DNA of 64,000 nucleotides from Candidatus Termititenax persephonae. GTDB taxonomy: Bacteria; Margulisbacteria; Termititenacia; Termititenacales; Termititenacaceae. The position numbers were made by a program, and so were the translations under genes. Every line of letters begins with the position of its first letter. The stretch's first letter is position 1. This document shows positions 43,201 through 52,590 of this stretch, one piece after another. The stretch is taken from the NCBI GenBank assembly GCA_003864475.1, contig BGZO01000003.1, forward strand, positions 1,789-65,788, given 5' to 3'. The notes under the pieces are model-generated. The model saw nothing but the letters and a program-made list of their open reading frames with translations. It was not told the origin of the DNA and made no database searches.

Positions 43201-45922
43201 CCATGACCGTATCGACATTCTTACGGACAAGAAAACTTATGCGCCCGGCGATGATTTAAAAATATTGATTAAGTCTCCTTACCGCACGGCGACCGGCCTA
43301 GTTACTATTGAAACCAATTCGCTTAAAGAATATCAGCTGATTGAGATTGATAATAACGCGCCGCTCATCACTTGGAAAGTCAAAGAGGAATATTATCCCA
43401 ATTGTTATATTTCGGTTTGTCTGGTGCAGGGCAGGGTCGGTCAGCCGATTAAAGTAGCGGAAAACGGGCAACAGCAAATTGATTTGGGCAAACCGTCATT
43501 CAAAATAGGCTATCAACAGATTAAGGTTACTAAAAAAGAGCGGGATATCCAGGTGCAGGTTCAGGCGGAAAAACGGGAATATTCTCCTGGGGACAAGGTA
43601 AATGTCAAGGTCAACTTTAGCAACACCAAATATGCCCAGCCGACCAATTACTGCGTCTTAGTGGTCAATAACGCGCTGTTTGATTTGGCTTCCTTGCGCA
43701 CCAATATCGGCGAGGTAATGAACCCGGACATCCCCTTGCTGGTCAAGAATTATACTACTTACAATCGTCTGGTCGGTCGCAGGCTTTTTGGCAAAAAAGG
43801 CGCGGTCGCCGGGGGCGGCGGCGGATTGCTGGACGAGTCCGGACAGATGCGGAAAGAATTTAAGGATATTATTTATTTTGCGCCTTATCTAAAGTCCACC
43901 GCCGAACAGACTGGTTCTTTTAGCTTTACTTTGCCTGACAATGCCGGAGAATTTAAGGTGCTTGTCTTTGCCGACCAAGGGCCGGATATGTTTGGGCAGG
44001 GGCAGTTAATTTTAAAATCCAGCCAGGCCTTGCTTATCGAGAATGCCCTGCCCAATTTCCTCCGAAGCGCCGACAAGACCCGCAGTGGAGTGCTGGTTTT
44101 CAATAATACCAACGTGGCGCAATCAGCCAGCCTAGAGGCGCGCTGGAGCTTAGACGAGACGGCGCTGGACAGGACGACCCAAGACTTTACGCTTGCTGAC
44201 CAGCAACGCCTTGATTTTGACATCTCTATCCCGGAGTTTTATCAAGAGGCGGCCAAAACTCTCAACGTGCTGGTCGCCGCCCAAACCAAGCAAAACCAAG
44301 ACAGGGTAAAATTTTCTCTGCCAGTCTATCGGAATACTGTCCAAAAAGTAACCGCCCTGAATAAGTTGATTTTAACTAATCAGGACGGTGTTTTTTCCGG
44401 CACGGCCAATCTGCGGCTGACGGAACCGCCGGAAAACTTGCTGGAAAATCTTAGCCAAGTCAAGGTCAGTTTTGACCGCGACCTGGCCGCTTTATTAAAA
44501 GCTCCGGCGGAATATCTAATCTACTATCCGCATGCCTGCTGGGAACAAAAGCTGGGCATGTTAATCGGCAATGCGGCAATATCTAAATCGCCTGAATCTT
44601 CCGCGGCACAAAAGAAAGTAGCCCAAAAAAATATCGACCTGATTTTGGCGGAGCATAATAAATATCAAGCAGGCAATGGCCTATATGGTTATTGGCCGGG
44701 CGGACTCAGCCACTCGCATTACCTAAGCATCTATACTTTGTCCGCGCTCAATTATGCCAAAAGCTTAGGGCTGGCCATAGATGAAAATATGCGCCAAGAA
44801 CTGGTAAAAACTTTACGAAAGGCTTTGGTTCAGGATAACCCGGACGCTTATCGTGCCAAGCCAGTTAGGCACTATTTGCTTTATGAGCTGAGCCGGGCGG
44901 GAACAGACGTGCTTCCTTTCCTTGAGCAACGGGATGCCAATTTGACTATTGAGGACAAGCTCTACAGATTGTTTTTGCTGCATAAATATAATGTTTTTCC
45001 TCAAGAATTGGCAAGTCTGAAGCAGGAAGTTATTGCCAATATTTATATCGACCAGTCTGACCGAGCGGCGCTTAAACCTGCTCAGTTTGCTTTATGGCAG
45101 CACGCCACGCCGGTCAAACTTACGGCTCTGGCTCTGCGCCTCCTCGCGGACATCCCGGACATGGAGCCATATACTTTGCGCCTGCTGAATTATCTTCTTC
45201 AGGAAAAGAGGCATGACAACAGGTGGTACAATACGCATGACAATGCGCAGGTCATCATGTCGATTCACAATATCGGGGACAAGTACTTTAGCGGCAATTT
45301 AAATGGTGTCCTGACAGTTGCTGGCGAGGAAGTTTATTCCGGCAGGGTGGATAGCAAGACTAAACCAATAAAACTGGCTAGCGCCAAGCTGACAGGCGAA
45401 AAAACTATCACGGCCGCCATAACCGTCCAAGGGAGCGCCTCGGCGGCGGCCTTTTATAAACTAGAGGTTACCCAGCACCTCAAACAGCTGGCCCAGCATG
45501 ACGACAAATCTTTTAAAGTCAGGACAGAATATTTTGATTTGAATCGGCGCCGGGTCAATTCTTTTAAAAAGGGCGAGAGTTATATTGTGAGAATAAACTT
45601 TAGTTCCTATGAAGACAATACGTTTGTGGTTTGTTCCGATGAACTGCCGGCCGCGCTGCTGCCCGTGGATTTTAACCAACTAAATACTTCCAGCGTTTTG
45701 GCGGACAGCTTAAAAATGAATGTGCGGCCCTCTTATCAGGAAGTCAGACAGAATCGAGTGAGTTATTATTTTGATACACTGCCGCGCGGCAATTATTATG
45801 TGGAATACGCCGCCCAAGCCGGCGCGGCGGGAGACTATTTTGACCCCGGAGCCTTGGCCGAAAACATGTATGCTCCCGACGTGCGCGGCACAGAGAAGGC
45901 TAGCCGAATAATTTGTGATTAA
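40217..45922 (+). CDS. Bacterial alpha-2-macroglobulin family protein (YfhM/ECAM-like), N-terminal membrane anchor, thioester motif present
   Basis: A 1901-aa protein. The N-terminus is basic, followed by the hydrophobic helix LGAVILGGVVLAAAVFLVY. CWEQ (CxEQ thioester) is at nt 44537-44548 in YYPHACWEQKLG. A GAGGGAG ribosome-binding site lies 5 nt upstream. The gene is followed by pbpC. Confidence 0.85.
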   Translation: MSMRKKSTKTKQPAKNKRKLGAVILGGVVLAAAVFLVYHWSGQSIPTPAETSAAVHLKRTTKILAVNDTLSNLTSNYKYPQPVEVKTVKIPYRLGGVKITSINPNGFLFTDTLAFVFARDIFAAGEEVSAEKLISLPGLDGAERRLNANTVKYFIETDLKYGQTYQGRLTYGGQSLDFSFVKPLVIGAYYQTIEQKPHFIVNVFLGDQGQDESKHPRFEEIKEILAEQLYLEAVKDNKTVRSSVTVEKYNSGRYLIKPSLAFSKNVALTLKSFENGIVKNRSGAALAVENGYIAQDFTLESISSANRILAAIDFNFSKRVTWPEFIRHLKITPWPTGLNLEKLYADDYYYSRYGSTTMTLPTDLFQQGVTYNFLVSAALENTDAEKLNEEIEFALVLAEAAPLLELETGINVVEADFPYYSFKSRNIHAVNVAVFEADKNKIVEALQSNLFSSTAKEAQPQAKLSKLGKLTGNYRVTGNRDNYLWYHKIDLARPGIYFAALTPSPEDLARLGRMSPRAQSTIINVTNLGLVVKKSLQNIAVWTTELSSGQPAADVVLAFYDRRGKKIASAQTNADGYCAIPLAIAKLKADIYIIASKGDDTAILATTASQFDSNLEAWEFGINQVDFDTFLAGDNKRYFVVSDSPIYKPGAEINYKLYVREYNENNLAYSRGQATVEIRDAQWDIAYKKELQLKDASSAADSFRLKSNGKLGEYTIGIRTQDDYFLRVGSFVVADYRAPKTKFRVKPERSFTYPNAVETVAISADYYSGQPIKNAPITLASKYHNGSYYYGEWDSPYNNYTFYQPDYFTSLTRQESLSSGSTGRTVWRQNILNQQLKHPIALSLEFTLQDGGLNEKISQYLDYTIYPAEFKIGIKQKGFSNKINEVNEFDFITLSHDDKLVSEQITYAIFLDKIYTVREKGVGNSFEYLNSITPEKVAEGVLTTSLRDSVTLKKSLARAGHYYILARGVDRSGRVTTTKLDFYVNSGDYNWGRYNHDRIDILTDKKTYAPGDDLKILIKSPYRTATGLVTIETNSLKEYQLIEIDNNAPLITWKVKEEYYPNCYISVCLVQGRVGQPIKVAENGQQQIDLGKPSFKIGYQQIKVTKKERDIQVQVQAEKREYSPGDKVNVKVNFSNTKYAQPTNYCVLVVNNALFDLASLRTNIGEVMNPDIPLLVKNYTTYNRLVGRRLFGKKGAVAGGGGGLLDESGQMRKEFKDIIYFAPYLKSTAEQTGSFSFTLPDNAGEFKVLVFADQGPDMFGQGQLILKSSQALLIENALPNFLRSADKTRSGVLVFNNTNVAQSASLEARWSLDETALDRTTQDFTLADQQRLDFDISIPEFYQEAAKTLNVLVAAQTKQNQDRVKFSLPVYRNTVQKVTALNKLILTNQDGVFSGTANLRLTEPPENLLENLSQVKVSFDRDLAALLKAPAEYLIYYPHACWEQKLGMLIGNAAISKSPESSAAQKKVAQKNIDLILAEHNKYQAGNGLYGYWPGGLSHSHYLSIYTLSALNYAKSLGLAIDENMRQELVKTLRKALVQDNPDAYRAKPVRHYLLYELSRAGTDVLPFLEQRDANLTIEDKLYRLFLLHKYNVFPQELASLKQEVIANIYIDQSDRAALKPAQFALWQHATPVKLTALALRLLADIPDMEPYTLRLLNYLLQEKRHDNRWYNTHDNAQVIMSIHNIGDKYFSGNLNGVLTVAGEEVYSGRVDSKTKPIKLASAKLTGEKTITAAITVQGSASAAAFYKLEVTQHLKQLAQHDDKSFKVRTEYFDLNRRRVNSFKKGESYIVRINFSSYEDNTFVVCSDELPAALLPVDFNQLNTSSVLADSLKMNVRPSYQEVRQNRVSYYFDTLPRGNYYVEYAAQAGAAGDYFDPGALAENMYAPDVRGTEKASRIICD

Positions 45923-48158
45923 CTGGCGCTGGTTACTTTTCGCTGTCCTGTGCGGGGGTATTTTACTGTTTGGCGGCTGGCGGTTTTATAATCCGCTGTC
46001 CGGTCGAGAGTTGAAGACTTATAGTTTTTATGACCGGCAGGGTCGGCTGATTGGTATCCTGTCCGCGGACGGCGGCCCCGTCAGGACTTGGGTTGCTTTA
46101 GACAAAATCAGTCCGGCGGCGCAAAATGTTTTTATCAGTCTGGAAGACCAGCGGTTTTACCGCCACGCGGGTATAGATTTTTGGGCAGTCGGACGGGCCA
46201 TGCTTGAGAACGGCAGGCAGGGAAAATTAACCTCAGGCGCTTCAACAATTACCCAGCAGTTGGCCAAAAATATTCTGAATAACCAAAAGAGAAATCTCTG
46301 GCATAAAATGGTCGAGGCTCTGCTAGCGGTTTATCTGGAGATAAAATATTCCAAGGCGGAGATTTTAGAGAATTATTTTAACCGTATCTATTACGGCAAC
46401 TTAATCGGCGGAATCAATACCGCCGCGAGATTTTATTTTCAGAAAACCCCGCAGGAATTAAACGTCAAAGAAGCTGTCGCGCTGGCTTTGTTGGCCAAAT
46501 CCCCGGTCGTTAATCAGCAACGCTTATTTGACCATACGCTGGCCAAGGAGATTGACCGCGGATTGGCTTACTTGGCTGACCGCGGCGTAATCACCAAAGA
46601 AGAGCAGGACTACTACCAAAAAGTGCCTCTAGCGGTCAAGCCAGCGCTCAATGAAAAAATATTGGCTCCCAATTTTTTATATGCCGTTTTAAAAGCAGAG
46701 GCGCGGCAGAAAAAACAGAGAACTAAAATTACCACCACCCTCGACTATGAATTACAAGCCGCCGTTGTCAATATTATCAAGGAAGAGTTGGCGCGGCTAA
46801 AAGATAAGCATATCAATAACGCGGCGGCCATCGTCATTGAAAATAAAAGCGGCGAAATATTGGCCTATGTCGGTTCCGCAGACTTTTATGATTCCAGCCA
46901 TGCGGGACAGATTGACGGGGTATTGTCTTACCGACAGCCTGGTTCGGCCCTCAAGCCTTTTTTGTATTATCTGGCGCTGGAGAATGGCTTTTCTCCCGCA
47001 ACCATCCTGCCCGACATCAAAATGTCTTTCCCTGCCGGGAATGGTGTCTATAATCCCCGCAATTATGATGACCAGTATCACGGCCCGGTAACTTTGCGGC
47101 ACGCTCTGGGCAATTCTTTGAATATTCCGGCCATTTATTTGCTCTCTCAAGTAGGGGGCGGCAAGTTTTTAGCGCTTTTACAGCAATTAGGATTTAAGAA
47201 TCTGACCCGCAGTCCGGAGCATTACGGTCTGGGCTTGGCTCTGGGCAATGGAGAGGTCAGTTTATTTGAAATAAGCAAGGCCTATGCTTGCTTGGCCAAT
47301 GCGGGGATTTATTTTAAGAATTTGCTGTTTACCAAGGAGGAGCAGTTGGAGCGTCTGGGCTTGCTGGCGGCGGACAAAGTTTTTCTTATAACTGACCTGC
47401 TGAGCGATAATGCCGCGAGGGAAGCCGCTTTCGGGCCAAACAACAGCCTGAAGCTGCCCTTTCCGGCGGCGGCTAAAACTGGCACCACCAAAGATTTCCG
47501 GGACAACTGGGCTGTCGGTTACACTACCGAGGTTACTGTGGGTGTCTGGGTCGGCAACCATGACCAGAGCGAGATGCGTAATAGCAGTGGAATTACCGGA
47601 GCCGGCCCGTTGTTTCGAAAAATACTTCTGAAAACCAGTGCAAAGTATCCAGCCGGAAAATTTGCCCAGCCCGCGGAGATAGTCAGCCGAAATATTTGTC
47701 TGGAGTCCGGTCTGCTGTCCGGGTCAAATTGCCTCAAAACAAGGTCAGAGTTTTTTAGTCCCCATAATTTACCTCCGGCAGTCTGCGCCCAGCACGCCAT
47801 CCTCCGGGGGCGGCCAACATTTATTTATCCGGCAATTTATCGAGACTGGCTGGCGGAAAATTTCCCCCGGCAAGAATATGCCCTGCAGGAAGACCGTCCG
47901 CTTAAGCCAAGTAAATTCCACATCTTGTATCCGCCGCACGATGCTTACTTTGCTGTCGACCCTGTGCTCAGTCGGGAAGACCAGCGGCTGACCCTAAAAG
48001 TAGACAATGAATTGGCGACCGAGTGGTACGTGGACGGGCAATTTATTGGGCAGTCTGGTTTAACTAAAAATGTCGCCTGGCAGTTGGAGCAGGGGACGCA
48101 CACCATCGAAGCTTGGCAGGACAAGCAGGGTACGGCGGTCAGGATTAACGTCTATTAA
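45915..48158 (+). CDS. pbpC: Penicillin-binding protein 1C (bifunctional GT51 transglycosylase / transpeptidase)
   Basis: EDQRFYRHAGID and GASTITQQLAKN are GT51 motifs. GSALKPF (SxxK), SLN and KTGTT are transpeptidase motifs. It has a C-terminal PBP1C-type domain. The GTG start overlaps the A2M stop by 8 nt. Confidence 0.85.
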   Translation: MINWRWLLFAVLCGGILLFGGWRFYNPLSGRELKTYSFYDRQGRLIGILSADGGPVRTWVALDKISPAAQNVFISLEDQRFYRHAGIDFWAVGRAMLENGRQGKLTSGASTITQQLAKNILNNQKRNLWHKMVEALLAVYLEIKYSKAEILENYFNRIYYGNLIGGINTAARFYFQKTPQELNVKEAVALALLAKSPVVNQQRLFDHTLAKEIDRGLAYLADRGVITKEEQDYYQKVPLAVKPALNEKILAPNFLYAVLKAEARQKKQRTKITTTLDYELQAAVVNIIKEELARLKDKHINNAAAIVIENKSGEILAYVGSADFYDSSHAGQIDGVLSYRQPGSALKPFLYYLALENGFSPATILPDIKMSFPAGNGVYNPRNYDDQYHGPVTLRHALGNSLNIPAIYLLSQVGGGKFLALLQQLGFKNLTRSPEHYGLGLALGNGEVSLFEISKAYACLANAGIYFKNLLFTKEEQLERLGLLAADKVFLITDLLSDNAAREAAFGPNNSLKLPFPAAAKTGTTKDFRDNWAVGYTTEVTVGVWVGNHDQSEMRNSSGITGAGPLFRKILLKTSAKYPAGKFAQPAEIVSRNICLESGLLSGSNCLKTRSEFFSPHNLPPAVCAQHAILRGRPTFIYPAIYRDWLAENFPRQEYALQEDRPLKPSKFHILYPPHDAYFAVDPVLSREDQRLTLKVDNELATEWYVDGQFIGQSGLTKNVAWQLEQGTHTIEAWQDKQGTAVRINVY

Positions 48159-48189
48159 CTAGCCGCCGCTTAACTTAAACTGCAGCGTA

Positions 48190-48218
48190 TTCTACGGCGC
48201 AGATTATCGATGTATAAT
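48190..48218 (+). promoter_or_regulatory. Sigma70-like promoter candidate (TTCTAC, 17-nt spacer, TG-TATAAT) immediately upstream of uvrB
   Basis: Read directly. The -10 hexamer ends 8 nt before the uvrB ATG (48227), and there is no Shine-Dalgarno sequence in between. Confidence 0.35.
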
Positions 48219-48226
48219 GCCGGCCT

Positions 48227-50167
48227 ATGTTCCAGCTGCGCTCTGAATATCAGCCGGCGGGCGACCAGCCCCGCGCCATAGCCCGTTTGACAGAAATAAT
48301 GTCCGGCGGCGGGGCGGCTGTGCTGTTAGGCGTGACCGGCTCCGGCAAGACTTTCACGGTTGCCAACGTTATCCAAAATATCCAAAAACCGACGCTGGTC
48401 ATAGCCCACAATAAAACTTTGGCGGCACAGCTCTACAGCGAGTTCCGGGAGTTTTTTCCCGATAATGCTGTGGAATATTTCGTCAGTTATTACGATTATT
48501 ATCAGCCGGAAGCCTATATCCCGGCGACGGATACTTATATCGAAAAAGACGCTTCTATCAATCAGGAGATTGACCGCCTGCGCCACTCCGCGACCAAGGC
48601 CTTGATGACCAGACAGGACGTGATTGTGGTCGCTTCGGTTTCCTGTATCTACGGTCTGGGTCTGCCGGAGGAATATTTCCAAACGGTGTTTTATTTGCAA
48701 CAGGGCAGGTCTATCTCGCGCGAGGCCGTCATCAAGCGGCTGGTGGAGATGCACTATGAGCGCAACGATGTCGATGTCAGCCGCGGCAAATTTCGCGTCA
48801 AGGGCGACACTATTGAGCTGGTGCCTCCTGACCAGTTCAACAGCATCCGGCTGGAATTTTTCGGTGATGAGCTGGAAAAAATCACGGAACTAAATGCGGC
48901 GGACAAAATGCCCCGGCGCAATCTGACGGACATTGCTATTTATCCCGGCAAGCATTACGTAACCGACCAAGAAAAACTGGCGATTGCTTTGCAAAATATT
49001 CAGCGGGAGATGGAGGAACAGGTGGCCGCCTTTGAAAAGGCAAAAAATCTGGTCGCCGCCCAGCGCATCAAACAGCGTACGCTCTATGACCTGGAGATGA
49101 TTCGTGAAATCGGTTATTGCAGCGGCATTGAAAATTATTCACGGCATCTCGACAGGCGTTTGGCCGGCTCGCCGCCCGGCACTTTGCTAGATTATTTCCC
49201 GCAGGACTTCCTCTTAGTTGTTGACGAGTCGCACGTTACCGTCTCACAGATTGGCGGCATGTCAGCCGGGGATAGGGCGCGTAAGGACAGGCTGGTGGAG
49301 TACGGTTTTCGCCTGCCCTCTGCTCGAGACAACCGCCCGCTGACTTTTCGTGAATTTAACGCAAAAATCAAGGACGTGATTTATGTTTCGGCGACACCAG
49401 CGGAGTATGAACTGGCGCAGGCTGGCCGGGACAATATAGTGGAGCAGATTATCCGCCCGACTGGCTTGGTCGACCCGCAGGTGGAGATTAAGCCTATTGC
49501 GGAGCAGGTGCCGGACTTGATAAAAGAGGCGGAAAAAGTTATCGCGCGGCGGGAGCGCGTGCTGGTAACCGCCTTGACCAAGCGCATGTCCGAGGAACTG
49601 AGCCAGTTTTTGCTGGGCAAGGGTTTTAAAGTCTGTTATCTGCATTCGGATATTGAGACGCTGGAGAGGGTCAGAATACTCAACGACTTGCGGGCGGGCA
49701 AATACGATATTTTGGTCGGGGTAAATCTTCTGCGCGAGGGTTTGGATTTGCCGGAGGTGTCGCTCATCGCCATACTTGACGCGGACAAAGAGGGTTTTTT
49801 GCGCTCCGAGCGTTCACTGATTCAGACTATTGGCCGGGCGGCGCGTAATATCAACGGGCGTGTGATTCTCTATGCGGACACGCTGACCGAGAGCTTGGAT
49901 ACGGCGGTCAAGGAGACCAACCGCCGCCGCGCCATTCAAATGGCCCACAATCAGGAGCAGGGGATTACACCGGAAACCATCAAAAAGAATATTAAGAAAT
50001 CGGTCGTCGCAGACGAGACCGTCTTGACTCAAAAACCGCCGCTCAAAAATCCGCTGGAATTATTGGAGTACGTTGAGCATTTGCGCCAGGAAATGTTCGG
50101 CGCCGCCGAGCGGCTGGATTTTGAGCGCGCGGCTCTGCTGAGGGACAAACTGAAAGAATTGGAGTAG
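48227..50167 (+). CDS. uvrB: Excinuclease ABC subunit B
   Basis: [17 protein letters not shown]...[12 protein letters not shown] (Walker A)...DESH...and the C-terminal UVR domain [15 protein letters not shown]. Confidence 0.95.
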   Translation: MFQLRSEYQPAGDQPRAIARLTEIMSGGGAAVLLGVTGSGKTFTVANVIQNIQKPTLVIAHNKTLAAQLYSEFREFFPDNAVEYFVSYYDYYQPEAYIPATDTYIEKDASINQEIDRLRHSATKALMTRQDVIVVASVSCIYGLGLPEEYFQTVFYLQQGRSISREAVIKRLVEMHYERNDVDVSRGKFRVKGDTIELVPPDQFNSIRLEFFGDELEKITELNAADKMPRRNLTDIAIYPGKHYVTDQEKLAIALQNIQREMEEQVAAFEKAKNLVAAQRIKQRTLYDLEMIREIGYCSGIENYSRHLDRRLAGSPPGTLLDYFPQDFLLVVDESHVTVSQIGGMSAGDRARKDRLVEYGFRLPSARDNRPLTFREFNAKIKDVIYVSATPAEYELAQAGRDNIVEQIIRPTGLVDPQVEIKPIAEQVPDLIKEAEKVIARRERVLVTALTKRMSEELSQFLLGKGFKVCYLHSDIETLERVRILNDLRAGKYDILVGVNLLREGLDLPEVSLIAILDADKEGFLRSERSLIQTIGRAARNINGRVILYADTLTESLDTAVKETNRRRAIQMAHNQEQGITPETIKKNIKKSVVADETVLTQKPPLKNPLELLEYVEHLRQEMFGAAERLDFERAALLRDKLKELE

Positions 50168-50180
50168 AATAACGCGCACT

Positions 50181-51434
50181 ATGGGCATGACCATTACCGA
50201 AAAAATTCTAGCGCGCGCGGCTGGGCGCAAGCAGGTTTCGCCAGGCGAGGTTGTTTTTGCCAAGGTCGACATCGCCTTGGCGCATGATGTAACTTCGGAT
50301 TTGGCGATTGACATTGTGGAAAAAGATTTTGGCGGTAGGATTTGGAATCCCGCCAAGATAATTGTTTTACCCGACCACGGCGTGCCGAATAAAGACATTC
50401 AAGTCGCGACGCTGGTCAAAAGACTCCTCGATTTTGCGGAACGGAAAAAAATTAAAAATATTTACAGCGTGGAGACTGGCGACTATGGAGTTTGTCATAC
50501 CATGCTGGCCTACCGTGGTTTTGTGCGGCCAGGGCAGGTGATTGTCGGCGCGGACTCGCATACCTGCCAGCATGGCAGTCTGGGCGCCTTCTCCACCGGC
50601 ATCGGCTCGACGGAGCTGGGCAATGTTTGGGCGACCGGGAAGCTGTGGTTTCGGGTGCCGGAGACGATTAAGATAGAGGTCAACGGGGAATTGCCGCGGG
50701 AGGTCATGGCCAAGGATTTGGTCTTGCGCGTCATCGGCGACCTCGGCGTGGACGGAGCCTTGTATCTGGCTATGGAATGGACAGGCTCCGCTATCGCGGC
50801 GCTGTCTATCGACGAGCGGATGACGCTGACCAATATGGCGATTGAATGCGGCGCGAAGTCGGGAATCATCGCGCCCGATCAAAAAACCATGGATTTTGTC
50901 CAAGCGCGGACTAAGGAAAATTTCGCGCCGCTGTATTCCGACGCGGACGCTAATTATGCCCGGACGCTGACTTATCAGGCGGAGGATTTCGTGCCGCTGG
51001 TGGCGAAGCCTTATCTGCCGTCCAATGTCGCGCCCGCCCGGGATTGCCAGGACGTGCTAATCCAGCAAGCCTATATTGGCTCCTGCACGGGCGGCAAGTA
51101 TGAGGATTTTGTCGCGGCGGCGGAAGTTTTAAAGGGGCAGAAAAAGGCCCCGCATGTCCGTTTGCTCATCGTGCCAGCGACCACGGAGATTCAACGGCAG
51201 ATTATCCAAGACGGCTTGTATGATATTTTTATGGCGGCGGGCGGCGTGCTGGTTTCGGCGGGCTGCAACGCCTGTCTGGGTTATCATGGCGGGGTTTTGG
51301 CGGCGGGCGAGACGGCTGTCTCCACCACCAACCGCAATTTTCGCGGACGGATGGGGCATGTGGATTCTAGGGTTTATCTGGCCTCGCCACGGACTGCCGC
51401 GAAGTCCGCGGTGGCGGGGCATATTACTGCTTAG
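50181..51434 (+). CDS. leuC: Aconitase-family dehydratase large subunit (3-isopropylmalate dehydratase LeuC type 2, or homoaconitase-like)
   Basis: MTITEKILARAAG...DIALAHDVTS...GADSHTC...GSCTGG...TTNRNFRGRMG (Fe-S cluster cysteines). 417 aa. Confidence 0.8.
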   Translation: MGMTITEKILARAAGRKQVSPGEVVFAKVDIALAHDVTSDLAIDIVEKDFGGRIWNPAKIIVLPDHGVPNKDIQVATLVKRLLDFAERKKIKNIYSVETGDYGVCHTMLAYRGFVRPGQVIVGADSHTCQHGSLGAFSTGIGSTELGNVWATGKLWFRVPETIKIEVNGELPREVMAKDLVLRVIGDLGVDGALYLAMEWTGSAIAALSIDERMTLTNMAIECGAKSGIIAPDQKTMDFVQARTKENFAPLYSDADANYARTLTYQAEDFVPLVAKPYLPSNVAPARDCQDVLIQQAYIGSCTGGKYEDFVAAAEVLKGQKKAPHVRLLIVPATTEIQRQIIQDGLYDIFMAAGGVLVSAGCNACLGYHGGVLAAGETAVSTTNRNFRGRMGHVDSRVYLASPRTAAKSAVAGHITA

Positions 51435-51443
51435 GAGTTTTAG

Positions 51444-51956
51444 ATGGCTGACATAATGGGCAGAGTATTTGTGGTCGGGGACGACATCGACACGGACCAG
51501 ATTATCCCGGCGCGCTACCTGACGACCATGGACCCGCAGGAACTGGCGCGGAACGCCATGCGCGACCTTGACCCCCGCTACGGAGCCTTTCTCACGGCGG
51601 ACAATAAATGTGTTTATCAGATTATCGTGGCGCGGCATAATTTTGGCTGCGGCTCGTCCCGCGAACATGCGCCGATTGCCTTAGCGGCGGCGGGTATCCG
51701 GGCGGTCATCGCCAATTCTTTTGCCCGGATTTATTACCGCAATTCGGTCAACGGCGGGCGGAGCATTTATCCGCTGGAGACTGCCGATGATATTGCCGCG
51801 CAGGTTAAGACGGGCGACGAGCTGGAAATTGATTTGGACAAATTGCTGGTCAGGAAGTTGGTCAACGGTCAGACATTTGCGCTCAAAGATTTCGGGCCGC
51901 TCAAGGAGATTATCGATTGCGGCGGCCTGACCGCTTATAATAAGCAACACCCCTAA
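51444..51956 (+). CDS. leuD: Aconitase-family dehydratase small subunit (LeuD type 2)
   Basis: VFVVGDDIDTDQIIPARYL...NFGCGSSREHAP.AL...GI.AVIA.SFARIYYRN. 170 aa. Confidence 0.8.
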   Translation: MADIMGRVFVVGDDIDTDQIIPARYLTTMDPQELARNAMRDLDPRYGAFLTADNKCVYQIIVARHNFGCGSSREHAPIALAAAGIRAVIANSFARIYYRNSVNGGRSIYPLETADDIAAQVKTGDELEIDLDKLLVRKLVNGQTFALKDFGPLKEIIDCGGLTAYNKQHP

Positions 51957-51994
51957 CACATTGTCTCACTTTTTTTATTTACGCTATTTTGCCA

Positions 51995-52074
51995 ATGTCT
52001 CGCTACCGCGAGACACCCCTCAGGCAAAAATCTGCCGCGCAGATTTTTGCCAGCTCCCCTTGTCAAGGGGAGCT
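51995..52074. repeat. Left hairpin array (modules a-b-c) flanking the DUF559 gene
   Basis: Module a is GTCTCGC-tacc-GCGAGAC followed by ACCCCTC (51997-52021). Module b is GGCAAAAATCTGC-cgc-GCAGATTTTTGCC (52023-52051). Module c is AGCTCCCCTTG-t-CAAGGGGAGCT (52052-52074). Confidence 0.85.
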
Positions 52075-52081
52075 AACTTTT

Positions 52082-52456
52082 TCAGTTGGACAGGCTGTCT
52101 TTTATAGACTTCAAGACGGCTGTTAAATTGTGCTTTATTTGTTCGTTTGTGAAACGCAGGAATTTTATGTCGAGATTTTCGATAATCCGCTGGCGGTCTT
52201 TGTCTAGCGCCGACTGCCTGTCTGTTTGGTGTATGCCGCCGTCCACCTCGACAGCCAGTTTCCGCGCCGGGCAATAAAAATCCAGCACAAAAGCTTTCAC
52301 ACCATACTGCCGCCTGAATCTAAGGCCTAATTTATTGTTTTTAAGCGCCGTCCAGAGAATAAGTTCCGCAACGGTCATGTTTTTCCGCAAACGCCTGCGC
52401 GTGTCGATGTGTCTTTTCATGTTGTATATCTTCGTCACGTCCCGATTATACATCAC
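52082..52456 (-). CDS. DUF559 (Vsr-like) endonuclease domain protein
   Basis: RRRLRKNMTVAELILWTALKNNKLGLRFRRQYGVKAFVLDFYCPARKLAVEVDGGIH...RQRIIENLDIKFLRFTNEQI matches the DUF559 pattern. Confidence 0.8.
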   Translation of the reverse strand: MMYNRDVTKIYNMKRHIDTRRRLRKNMTVAELILWTALKNNKLGLRFRRQYGVKAFVLDFYCPARKLAVEVDGGIHQTDRQSALDKDRQRIIENLDIKFLRFTNEQIKHNLTAVLKSIKDSLSN

Positions 52457-52466
52457 GTAATTGGTT

Positions 52467-52590
52467 ATCTCCCCTTACTAAGGGGAGATGTCTTAAATCT
52501 GCTTGAAGCAAGCAGATTTAAGACAGAGGGGTGTCTGCGCTAGCAGACATGACGAAGCTGCCGGAGGGGTGTCTTGCGTCAGCAAGGCAT
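52467..52590. repeat. Right hairpin array (modules c-b-a-a), mirror image of the left array
   Basis: Module c is ATCTCCCCTTA-c-TAAGGGGAGAT (52467-52489). Module b is GTCTTAAATCTGCTTG-aag-CAAGCAGATTTAAGAC (52490-52524). Module a is GAGGGGT-GTCTGC-gcta-GCAGAC-AT (52526-52550). The second, weaker a copy is GAGGGGT-GTCTTGC-gtca-GCAAGGC-AT (52564-52590). Confidence 0.85.

Noticed and set aside
52020-52277. Small ORFs (84 aa on the minus strand, 63 aa on the plus strand) overlapping the hairpin array and the DUF559 gene.
   Set aside because: They are translations of palindromic repeat DNA (for example LAPLDKGS from the CTCCCCTT...AAGGGGAG hairpin) and of the opposite or alternative frame of the DUF559 gene. 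There is no independent coding support.
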